Positions 1-7,470 of a DNA stretch of 18,718 bases are shown piece by piece. Under the pieces are notes generated by a model. That model did not search any database and was not told the DNA's origin. It worked only from the letters and a program-made list of their open reading frames with translations. Positions within the stretch are counted from its first letter, which is position 1. Each line of letters opens with the position of its first letter. Position numbers and translations under genes: made by a program. Source of the stretch: a bacterium (GTDB lineage Bacteria > Krumholzibacteriota > Krumholzibacteriia > G020349025); NCBI GenBank assembly GCA_031362565.1, contig JANLSU010000110.1:1-18718 (forward strand), in the 5' to 3' direction.

Positions 1-2208
1 CCATGCTGGGCAATCGATGGTTCACTTGTCGATTAGGGACCATGACATACCTCGGTTCGTTCGAAATGTCTGTGAATCCGACTGCTACTGACGTGTGACG
101 CAGTTCTCCTCGCTCTGTCTCCAACTGTCGCGCCACACGCAGGAGGACACGTCACCTCGCCGGGCTCCGCGACCGGTGAGGACCGTTGATGCACAGCCGT
201 AGGGTGCAAAACAACTGCACGCACGCTGCGTGATGTCGTGCGCGGGAACAGCTCTGGTTCCGAATGTATGAACACACTGCATCTTCTGAACAGACGATGT
301 CAACAGAATCCAGCACTCGCGATGGCGTAAGTAACAATAGTAACACTGCGTACGTATAATCAGCATTCGTGTGTCCGAGTTTGCACCACAATGGATCGTG
401 ATGGACAGGAGTCTCTCCGAACACCTTTGCGGCACCGTTCACCGAAAGAGTCGGTCCCGGACGAGGAAGTATTCGTCGCGCTTGATTTCCAATCTCGCCG
501 AGATAGTACGCTGGGCGAAGACGACATCTCCGGGGGTTAGTTTATCGAACATTCGTGCGATAGTTCCCGTCTAATGGTGTGTTTGTTCATACGCTGAGTT
601 GCGCACGCATTACTGGCACTAATCGGGGTGATCCGATCCACATCGCCGTCGACGACCTGGAGCCGCAGGAGGCCGCTCGACTTTCGACGTCGTCGCAGGG
701 AGGGAAACGTGCGGGCCAAGCCACTCGCCACTGAACCAGACTCGAAGCCTGTCGGTATTTGGATCCGTGTTTCCACGGAGGACCAGGCCCGGGGCGAGAG
801 CCCAGAACACCACGAACGCCGGGCAATGGCCTATGTCGAATCGAAGGGCTGGCGAGTCCGCGAGACGTACCACCTGGAAGGCGTTAGCGGGAAAGCGGTC
901 TCGGAGCACCCCGAGACCAAGCGGATGCTCGCAGACATCCGGTCTGGCCATATCTCGGGGTTGGTGTTCTCGAAGCTGGCGCGGCTCGCCCGAAACACCA
1001 AGGAACTCCTCGAGTTCGCCGATCGGTTCCGCGAGGCCGGCGCTGACCTCGTCAGCCTCCAGGAGTCCATCGACACGACGAGTCCGGCTGGCCGCCTCTT
1101 CTACACCATGATCGCTGGCATGGCGCAGTGGGAACGCGAGGAGATCGCCGAGCGCGTCGCCGTCTCCATCCCAATCCGTGCCAAGCTTGGCAAGCCGATC
1201 GCTGGCGCCCCACCCTTCGGCTACCACTGGGAGAGTCGTCAACTCGTCCCGCATCCCAAAGAAGCGCCGGTGCGGACACTCCTCCACGAGCTGTTCTTTG
1301 AGCACAAGCGTCGCAAAACCGTGGCGCGGCTCCTCAACGAACGCGGCTATCGCACCCGGAAGGGCGGCCTGTGGACGGACACGACCATTGAGCGTCTGCT
1401 CCGAGACCCCACCGCCAAAGGCGTGCGCCGCGCCAACTACACCCGTTCCCGGGGCCAGGGCAAAGGCTGGGATCTCAAGGCCGAACGCGACTGGGTCCTC
1501 GTCCCCTGCCCAGCGATCGTCTCCGAGGAACTCTGGACCGCTTGCGTCTCGATCCTCGACGCACGCCGCACCAAGGGCAAACGCGTCGGTCGCCCACCGG
1601 CCCACCTCTTCACCGGACTTGCGTACTGTCACTGTGGGCAGAAGCTCTACGTGCCGTCCAACATGCCGAAGTACGTCTGCTACCGGTGCCGCAACAAGAT
1701 CAAGATCGAAGACTTAGAAGCCGTCTTCCTCGACCAGCTCAAGGACTTCTTCCTCAACCCGGACCAAGTCGCCCAGTATGTCGACCAGTCTGACAATGTC
1801 CTCGAAGGCAAAGCCAAAGCCCTGGACGCCCTCCGGGCCGAAGAGACCAAGCTTCGCACGGAGATGGACCGGACCTATCGGCTCTACCAAGCCGACCAAA
1901 TCTCGGTCGAGGGCTTCGGGCACTTGTACCGCCCCTTGGAGGAGCGCCAGAAGCAGATTGAGGAGGAACTCCCGAGGCTGCAAGGCGAAGTCGATTACCT
2001 AAGGATCGACACCCTCTCACGGGCCGACGTCCTCGCCAGCGGCAAGGACCTCACGGCGCACTGGCCGGAGCTCACCGCCGAGGAACGGCGGCAGATCATC
2101 GAGGCCATGGTCGAGCGCATCGATGTGGGCAAGGACGATGTCGAATTCACCCTGCAGTACTCCCCGTCCCCTTCTGAAGCCGTGGTACAAAGGCAACGCA
2201 AACTCAGG
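1..2208. mobile_element. End of an integrative element (genomic island or prophage-like) inserted in comM/yifB; continues beyond the left edge of the window
   Basis: Large serine recombinase abuts the point where comM is truncated (minus strand ...GCA ATG AAC CCC TGA instead of ...AAMNPCPCG). Bases 1-620 are visibly more AT-rich than the rest of the window. Confidence 0.85.
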
Positions 2209-2376
2209 GGTTCATTGCCGCGACGAGTTGAAATCTTGCTGGATAGCATACGTTGTGGTTGGCGCGAGCGATCTGGATCGAGCCATCCTCGAGCGGCTGG
2301 CGCAGAAGATCCAAGAGATGACGCGGAAACTCCGGGAGTTCATCCAGAAATAAGACTCCCCGATGCGCCAGGGTGA
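709..2376 (+). CDS. Large serine recombinase/integrase (resolvase catalytic domain, recombinase domain, zinc ribbon, coiled coil)
   Basis: [10 protein letters not shown] catalytic-Ser motif, [28 protein letters not shown], and CHCG...YVCYRC zinc ribbon. GTG at 709 follows GGGAGGGAAAC (RBS) and is a better start than 628. The last ~55 codons read through the att site antisense to comM. Confidence 0.93.
   Translation: MRAKPLATEPDSKPVGIWIRVSTEDQARGESPEHHERRAMAYVESKGWRVRETYHLEGVSGKAVSEHPETKRMLADIRSGHISGLVFSKLARLARNTKELLEFADRFREAGADLVSLQESIDTTSPAGRLFYTMIAGMAQWEREEIAERVAVSIPIRAKLGKPIAGAPPFGYHWESRQLVPHPKEAPVRTLLHELFFEHKRRKTVARLLNERGYRTRKGGLWTDTTIERLLRDPTAKGVRRANYTRSRGQGKGWDLKAERDWVLVPCPAIVSEELWTACVSILDARRTKGKRVGRPPAHLFTGLAYCHCGQKLYVPSNMPKYVCYRCRNKIKIEDLEAVFLDQLKDFFLNPDQVAQYVDQSDNVLEGKAKALDALRAEETKLRTEMDRTYRLYQADQISVEGFGHLYRPLEERQKQIEEELPRLQGEVDYLRIDTLSRADVLASGKDLTAHWPELTAEERRQIIEAMVERIDVGKDDVEFTLQYSPSPSEAVVQRQRKLRGSLPRRVEILLDSIRCGWRERSGSSHPRAAGAEDPRDDAETPGVHPEIRLPDAPG
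2196..2216. other. Hybrid attachment junction (attL/attR) between the element and comM; crossover near 2204-2210
   Basis: ComM-like sequence ends at the Pro codon of AAMNP, and the expected Cys codon (TGY) reads TGA. The exact crossover cannot be fixed without the other end. Confidence 0.75.
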
Positions 2377-3280
2377 TCTCGCCGGGGGTCACCGGCCGGC
2401 CACCGCCAGCGAGACCCGCGATACTCACAGTGTGATGCGGAGCGCGGAACGGCCGGTCGATTTGCGCTGCCGCCGCCTGCGCGTGCCGCCCGCAGACCGA
2501 GAGAATTTGGCGCACTTCGATCGCTTCGGCATCGACGAGCGGCGGTAGAAGCGCCGGCATGCAGCGCGCCAGCATGCTCTTGCCGACGCCCGGTGGCCCG
2601 ACGAACAGCAGGTGATGGCCGCCGGCAGCGGCGATCGCCAGCGCGCGCTTCGCCGCTTCCTGGCCGTAGACTTGCGAGAGGTCCGGAGCTGTCGACGCCT
2701 CGGGCTGCGGGGGGACGTCGTCCGGCGCCGCTGACTCAACGGCGGCTCGTCGCGATCGCGCCGGTTCCTCACGACCATCGACCCATGCGACGGCGCTCGA
2801 GAGATGCGCGCAGCCGATGACTTCGACGCCGGTGACGAGGCGCGCTTCGGCGGCGTTTTGTTCCGGCACCAGCATCCGCCGCAATCCCAGCCGACGCAGG
2901 CCGGTGGCGATCGGCAACACGCCGCGCACCGGCCGCACCGAGCCGTCCAAAGCCAGCTCACCTAACACGCACGTGCCTTCGAGGCGCGCTGTTCGGCATT
3001 GCCCGGACGCGGCGAGCACGCCGAGTGCGATCGCCAGGTCGAACGCGGCGCCATCCTTGGGAACGTCGGCCGGCGCCAGGTTCACCGTCAGGCGCTTTTC
3101 AGGCAGCTCGAAGTCGCAGTTGGCGAGCGCCGCCACGACGCGTTCACGGCTCTCGCGCACCGCCAGGCTCGGCAGCCCGACAAGATGGAACGAGCGCAGG
3201 CCGCGCTGCAGGTCGATTTCGACCGCAACTCGCAAACCGTCCAAGCCGTGGACGGCGGCTGACGACACGGTTGCAAGCAT
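2204..3280 (-). pseudogene. comM: ComM/YifB Mg-chelatase-like AAA+ ATPase, 5' part (358 aa), interrupted by the integrative element
   Basis: [41 protein letters not shown], Walker [49 protein letters not shown]. The CPCG motif and C-terminal part of a typical ~500-aa ComM are missing. Confidence 0.92.
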
Positions 3281-3592
3281 CGCGGCAGGAGGACGCGAGG
3301 AAGACGGCGCTGCGTGCGCTCACGCAGGATCTGCGCCGAAGTCGCCGGGCGTGGGCCTACTTGCGGCGAGAAACGGTCGGCGACGTCGGCGATGAAGTCG
3401 GCGCCTTGCAATAGTCGCGACAGCCATCGCAAGGGGAACATGGCAGGCGGCGGGCGGCGGGCCTCGGTCACACGCGCACTCGGCTCGGATGTGAACACCG
3501 TCGACAGATCTCCGGCATCCCAGTTTACGAACGCCGCGCAGCTTTTTTCGAAAAACCAAGCCCGCACGGCCCATTTTCACGTACCGCCCGCG

Positions 3593-3607
3593 TGGCCCAT
3601 CTATTGC
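3593..3607 (+). promoter_or_regulatory. Putative sigma54 (-24/-12) promoter, module 1
   Basis: TGGCCC-ATCTA-TTGC has exact GG-N10-GC spacing (consensus TGGCAC-N5-TTGC). It recurs at 4018 with a different spacer. Predicted +1 is ~3619. Confidence 0.6.
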
Positions 3608-3618
3608 GAGTAACAGTG

Positions 3619-3667
3619 CGACCGTCGCGCCCCGGCACCGTCGAGTGCCGGAGTGTTCTTTGAAAAC
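3619..3667 (+). promoter_or_regulatory. Leader copy 1: hairpin (boxB-like) followed by boxA-like GTGTTCTTTGAAAAC
   Basis: Stem CCGGCAC/GTGCCGG at 3632-3651. The 15-mer at 3653-3667 is identical in copy 2 and resembles rrn boxA (TGTTCTTTGAAAA type). Confidence 0.55.
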
Positions 3668-4017
3668 CGGCCAGGGTTCGCCGCCGCGCCGATGTTCGTC
3701 GTAGTCGGCAACAGACAAACGACAGCGCAGACGTTTTCCATCTGCCTGCTACGCCGAGTTTCGATGCACCGGAAACCGATCGAACCTGTCCCGACGTTTT
3801 CCGTCCGTCTCGGGGTCGGCTCGGCGGGGCGACGGCGAGGGCGAGTGAACACTCGTTCTGGAACGAGCACTCGCAGGATAACACCGCCGCGCAGAGTTGC
3901 GACGGAGTGGACCCGGTGTCGACACGGTTGACAGGTCCCGTCACTCTGGTTGACGAATGACGGACGGCGACGTTGAAGAAACTCCACAGCAGCGCCATTT
4001 TTCGCGAGCATTTGGCG

Positions 4018-4032
4018 TGGCCCGCCTTTTGC
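4018..4032 (+). promoter_or_regulatory. Putative sigma54 (-24/-12) promoter, module 2
   Basis: TGGCCC-GCCTT-TTGC. Predicted +1 (~4044) coincides with the start of the conserved CGACCGTCG block, as in module 1. Confidence 0.6.
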
Positions 4033-4043
4033 GAACATTCATT

Positions 4044-4093
4044 CGACCGTCGATCCCCCGGCGCCATCGAGCGCCGGCGTGTTCTTTGAAAAC
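4044..4093 (+). promoter_or_regulatory. Leader copy 2: hairpin (boxB-like) followed by boxA-like GTGTTCTTTGAAAAC
   Basis: Stem CCGGCGC/GCGCCGG at 4058-4077, with a compensatory A-T to G-C change relative to copy 1. The boxA-like 15-mer is at 4079-4093. Confidence 0.55.
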
Positions 4094-4534
4094 AAGGCCG
4101 CGCTCGTCGTCGCGTTGTCTCGACCTGGGCCAGCCGCGCAGACGTTTTTCATCCGGAAGTGGCGTCGGGCAGTAGATTCACGCGAACCATGGCCAAGGAC
4201 GACTGTCCCGACGTGATCCGTCGTCACCCGACGCACAGCGCAGACGTTTTCCATCCAAGTGCTGCGTCCAGCCGCGGCGCAAGCGAACCACGGCCAGGGA
4301 CAACGGTCCCGACGTAATCCGAAAACGAGTCTAGTGTTTCGACGCACCCACTTCGTTCGCGATGGGCGAGCGGTGAAGGCGGCGCAGACGTTTTCCATCG
4401 AAATGCTGGGCCGGGTTGCGATGCACCTGAAACCCGACCGAACCTGTCCCGACGTCAGAACGTTTTACGCGCGGGCGCTGAACGCGGACGATTCGTTCTA
4501 TCGCTGACCACCCCGGCGCCCAGTGCGTTCACTG

Positions 4535-4786
4535 CTAGTTCGCCTTACGCCTTCGAGGCTTGTCAACGGCAGCAATCGTCGCTCGCAAGAGCGCATTCAC
4601 GCGCTTTGGGTCGCGAAAGACCTTGGCGACGTCGGAGTCGAGAACTACCACGACTGCATCCGAGGTTACGTCAGCTGCGAATCGATTGGGCCGCGACTTC
4701 TCGTAGTCGAGACGATACTCCCGCGCAAGTCCTTCGCGTCCCCGGCGGCGACCGCTAGCGCCGTTTGCCTTTTTCGTAGTCTTCAT
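4535..4786 (-). CDS. BrnA-like antitoxin (83 aa)
   Basis: LAREYRLDYEKSRPNRFA...VVVLDSDVAKVFRDPKRVNALLRA matches the pattern of small antitoxins found after BrnT genes. ATG at 4786 overlaps the 3' end of the BrnT remnant. Confidence 0.75.
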   Translation of the reverse strand: MKTTKKANGASGRRRGREGLAREYRLDYEKSRPNRFAADVTSDAVVVVLDSDVAKVFRDPKRVNALLRATIAAVDKPRRRKAN

Positions 4787-4864
4787 GTTCACCACGTGTC
4801 GACTTTCGAGCGCGGATGAGGCGCACCACACCATCCGCTCTGTGAAGAATACCAGGAGCAGCCA
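4755..4864 (-). pseudogene. BrnT-like ribonuclease toxin remnant (5'-truncated and frameshifted)
   Basis: LLLVFFTER in one frame continues as DGVVRLIRARKSTRGEHEDYEKGKRR* in another, consistent with a 1-nt deletion at ~4835. This resembles the BrnT C-terminus (LLVVFTER...IRIISARKAT..E...YE). There is an in-frame stop upstream and no N-terminal half. Confidence 0.7.
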
Positions 4865-5037
4865 CGATCATGGGCATGTCGGATGTGAGCCCGCAGACGT
4901 GTCCCATTCGGATGCCACGTCGAGTCGAGGTACACGGAAGTCCACTGCCAAGGGCGACTGTCCCGACGTTTTCCGTCGTGACCGGGGCCGCGGCGGCGAC
5001 TGCCGGCAGTGCTTGGGGCCGGGCGCGGCCCGGCGGT

Positions 5038-6144
5038 TTAGCCGTTGCCCTTCTTGGCGGGCGTGGCGGCTTGGCCTTTGACCTTGTCGGTTTCGGCGAG
5101 GCCCGAAACGACTTCGATCTGGATGCCGTCGGAGAGGCCGGTTGTGACTTCGCGGCGTTCGAATTTCTGGGGCGCGGTTTCGATTTCGACGAACTTCTTG
5201 TCGCCCTCGAACTGCAGGAGGCTTTCGCTAATGGCGAGCACTGAATCGCGGCGGTCGAGGACGATGTCGGCGTTGGCGCTGTAGTTGGCGCGGACGAGGA
5301 CGTCGGACTGCGGCTTGAGGGCGGCGCGGATTTCGAACTGAATGGCGCCGTCCTGGGCAGTGCCTTTGGGCGCGATGTGCTCGAGCGTCGCGTCCAGTTG
5401 GCGGCCCTGGATGGCGCCAATCGTCAAGAGGAGCGCCATGCCGGGCTTCAACTTGCCGACTTCCGATTCGTCGACTCGGCCCTTGAAGATCATGTCGTCC
5501 ATGTCGGCGATGGTGGCCAGCGTCGTGCCGGCGTTGAAATTGTTGGTTTCGGTGACCGAGTGCCCGACTTCGACGGGGACTTCGAGCACCATGCCAGCGA
5601 TCGTCGAGCGGACGAGGGTGTTGGTGACGGCGCCCGAGGTGTGCGAAATGCCCTTTTCGATGAGGCCCAGGTTGTCGTTCGCCGATGCGAGCTCGGCTTG
5701 GGCGTTTTGATAGGCCGTGTCGAACACTTGGAACGCGGCTTGGGAGATGACGCCGTCGTTGTGGAGCGTCGTGTTGCGCTCGAAATCCTTCTTGGCGTTT
5801 TCGAGGGTGATCTGGGCGCGGGCGACGCGATTCTGGGCGTTCGAGAGGTTCACCATGTCCGGCACGACACGAATGCGGGCGATGAGATCGCCGGCCTTCA
5901 CGGTGCGGCCTGTCTCGACATAGATCTCTTCGACGATGCCGGAAACGCGCGGCTTGATTTCGACTTCTTGCCGGGGCACGACAGCGCCGGTTGCCACCGC
6001 CTTGTTGACGATCGAGGTGCGTTTCGGCGCCTCGGTCTGGTACACGACTGCCGTCTTGTGCGACTTGGCCCATAGGAAATAGACCGTGCCCACGAAGAGC
6101 ACGAGGACCAGAACGCCGGCGAGGATGGAGAGAATCTTCTTCAT
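5038..6144 (-). CDS. Efflux periplasmic adaptor (membrane fusion protein), MacA/HlyD family
   Basis: N-terminal TM anchor, ATGAVVPRQEVEIKPRVSGIVEEIYV..G..VKAGDLIA lipoyl-like half, alpha-hairpin, VDESEVGKLKPG and VTTGLSDG. Confidence 0.92.
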   Translation of the reverse strand: MKKILSILAGVLVLVLFVGTVYFLWAKSHKTAVVYQTEAPKRTSIVNKAVATGAVVPRQEVEIKPRVSGIVEEIYVETGRTVKAGDLIARIRVVPDMVNLSNAQNRVARAQITLENAKKDFERNTTLHNDGVISQAAFQVFDTAYQNAQAELASANDNLGLIEKGISHTSGAVTNTLVRSTIAGMVLEVPVEVGHSVTETNNFNAGTTLATIADMDDMIFKGRVDESEVGKLKPGMALLLTIGAIQGRQLDATLEHIAPKGTAQDGAIQFEIRAALKPQSDVLVRANYSANADIVLDRRDSVLAISESLLQFEGDKKFVEIETAPQKFERREVTTGLSDGIQIEVVSGLAETDKVKGQAATPAKKGNG

Positions 6145-6191
6145 GAGTCAGAACCCTCGGCTTTCGATCGACATGTGGGTTGGAATCTCCG

Positions 6192-7463
6192 TCATTCGCT
6201 GCGTAAGGCGACAATCGGACTGACTTGCACGGCGCGCTGGGCCGGGGCGAGGCCGGCGAGGACACCGGCGCCGACGAGAATGGCGAGGGCGCGCAATGCC
6301 TCGGCAACACCGACATCCGGGTTGGTGAACATCCGGGCGCCATCGCCCGATGGCAGCAAGCGCGCGACGATTTCGATGACTCCAATGCCGGCGACGAGGC
6401 CAAGGTAGCCCGCGACCGCCGTCAAGATCACCGATTCGAACACGATCTGGCCGACCACTGCCGAGGGCGTCGCGCCCACCGCGCGCCGGATACCGATTTC
6501 CTTGGTGCGTTCCTTGACGATGATCAGCATGACGTTCGAAACGCCGATCGCACCCGCCGCCAGCGTGCCGATGCCGACGAGCCACACCAGGATGCGAATG
6601 CCACGGAAGAGCCCGCCGACCTTTTCGTATTCTTCTTCCAGGTTGAAGTGGCCGAAGGCGCGCAGATCATCCGGCGCCACCTTGTGGCGCGACTTGAGAA
6701 GTTGCAGCACCTTTTCTTCGGCCACCGAGGCCCGCACCTCCGGACGCGACACGACCGCCATCCATCCCACCCGGCCGCCGAAGTTGAAGGCGCGCTGGAA
6801 CGTCGTGAAGGGTACGTACACGGTTTGCGTGTCGCGCTCCCCGTCTTCGCCCGACTGCATCGACTTGAAGACGCCGATGACCTGAAAATAGACGCCCTGG
6901 ATGACGATGGATTGACCGATGGTGTTTTCACCCGGCCGGAAGAGCACATCCCGAACGCGAGTGCCGATGACCGCCACTTTGCGCGTCTCCTCGAGGTCGA
7001 TCGGGTTCAGAAACCGCCCGGCCTCGACGTGAATCGACTGGACGCGCTGGATTTCCGGGTAGTCGCCCATGACGCTGAAGCCGCCCGACTTGCGGCCGCG
7101 CGTCACGTTGTTGCCGCCCTGGAACCCGCCCAGTTGGGCGCGCGGCGCGACGATTTCCACTTCGGGAACTTTATCGCGGATCGCCTGCACATCCTGATTG
7201 TCGAGTTGCACGCGGCGCCCGGCCGGCATGCCGGCGTACGGCTTCTGAGTGCGCTGCGTCCACAGGAAGAAACTGTTGGTGGCACTGCCCGCAAAGCCGC
7301 GCATGACGCCGTTCCGAAGCCCCGCCCCCGACCCGATCATCACCATGAGCAGGAAGATCCCCCAGAACACCCCGAAGGCGGTCAGCCCGGTACGCAGGCG
7401 ATTGCGCAGAAGCGCCGCCTTGATCTCCTGCCAATGGTCGAGGTCGAAGAGCGATGCAAACAT
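6192..7463 (-). CDS. ABC transporter permease, MacB/FtsX family
   Basis: RNRLRTGLTAFGVFWGI, periplasmic MacB domain and GVSNVMLIIVKERTKEIGIRRAVGA. Likely start ATG 7463 (MFASLFDLDHWQEI). Confidence 0.92.
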   Translation of the reverse strand: MFASLFDLDHWQEIKAALLRNRLRTGLTAFGVFWGIFLLMVMIGSGAGLRNGVMRGFAGSATNSFFLWTQRTQKPYAGMPAGRRVQLDNQDVQAIRDKVPEVEIVAPRAQLGGFQGGNNVTRGRKSGGFSVMGDYPEIQRVQSIHVEAGRFLNPIDLEETRKVAVIGTRVRDVLFRPGENTIGQSIVIQGVYFQVIGVFKSMQSGEDGERDTQTVYVPFTTFQRAFNFGGRVGWMAVVSRPEVRASVAEEKVLQLLKSRHKVAPDDLRAFGHFNLEEEYEKVGGLFRGIRILVWLVGIGTLAAGAIGVSNVMLIIVKERTKEIGIRRAVGATPSAVVGQIVFESVILTAVAGYLGLVAGIGVIEIVARLLPSGDGARMFTNPDVGVAEALRALAILVGAGVLAGLAPAQRAVQVSPIVALRSE

Positions 7464-7470
7464 GATTCCC

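Larger units (their letters stand above)
3725..4977. repeat. Five bipartite repeats: motif A GCGCAGACGTTTTCCATC, 43-49-nt linker, motif B CTGTCCCGACGT(TTTCCGTC). Units at 3725-3805, 4136-4222, 4238-4321, 4382-4455, 4891-4977
   Basis: Aligned by eye. A-to-B start offsets are 61, 67, 66, 62 and 67 nt. Units 1 and 4 share one linker type; units 2, 3 and 5 share another. Confidence 0.9.

Noticed and set aside
3281..3567. Small gene (e.g. yraN) upstream of comM
   Set aside because: No frame gives a recognisable protein. The TTTTTCGAAAAA palindrome at 3544-3555 is noted but cannot be assigned.
3725..4460. TIGR-like guide array or integron attC cassette array
   Set aside because: Units are far longer than the ~36-nt TIGR period and lack box C/D motifs. 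There are no RYYYAAC...GTTRRRY attC ends, no cassette ORFs between most units, and no integron integrase.
3525..4507. ORFs with repeated MENVCA / ENVGT / FSKNTPALDG peptides
   Set aside because: These are translations of the DNA repeats in shifting frames, with no RBS, codon bias or recognisable domain.
3725..4977. CRISPR array
   Set aside because: Two alternating short motifs, linkers homologous to each other rather than unique, irregular period, and no cas genes in the window.
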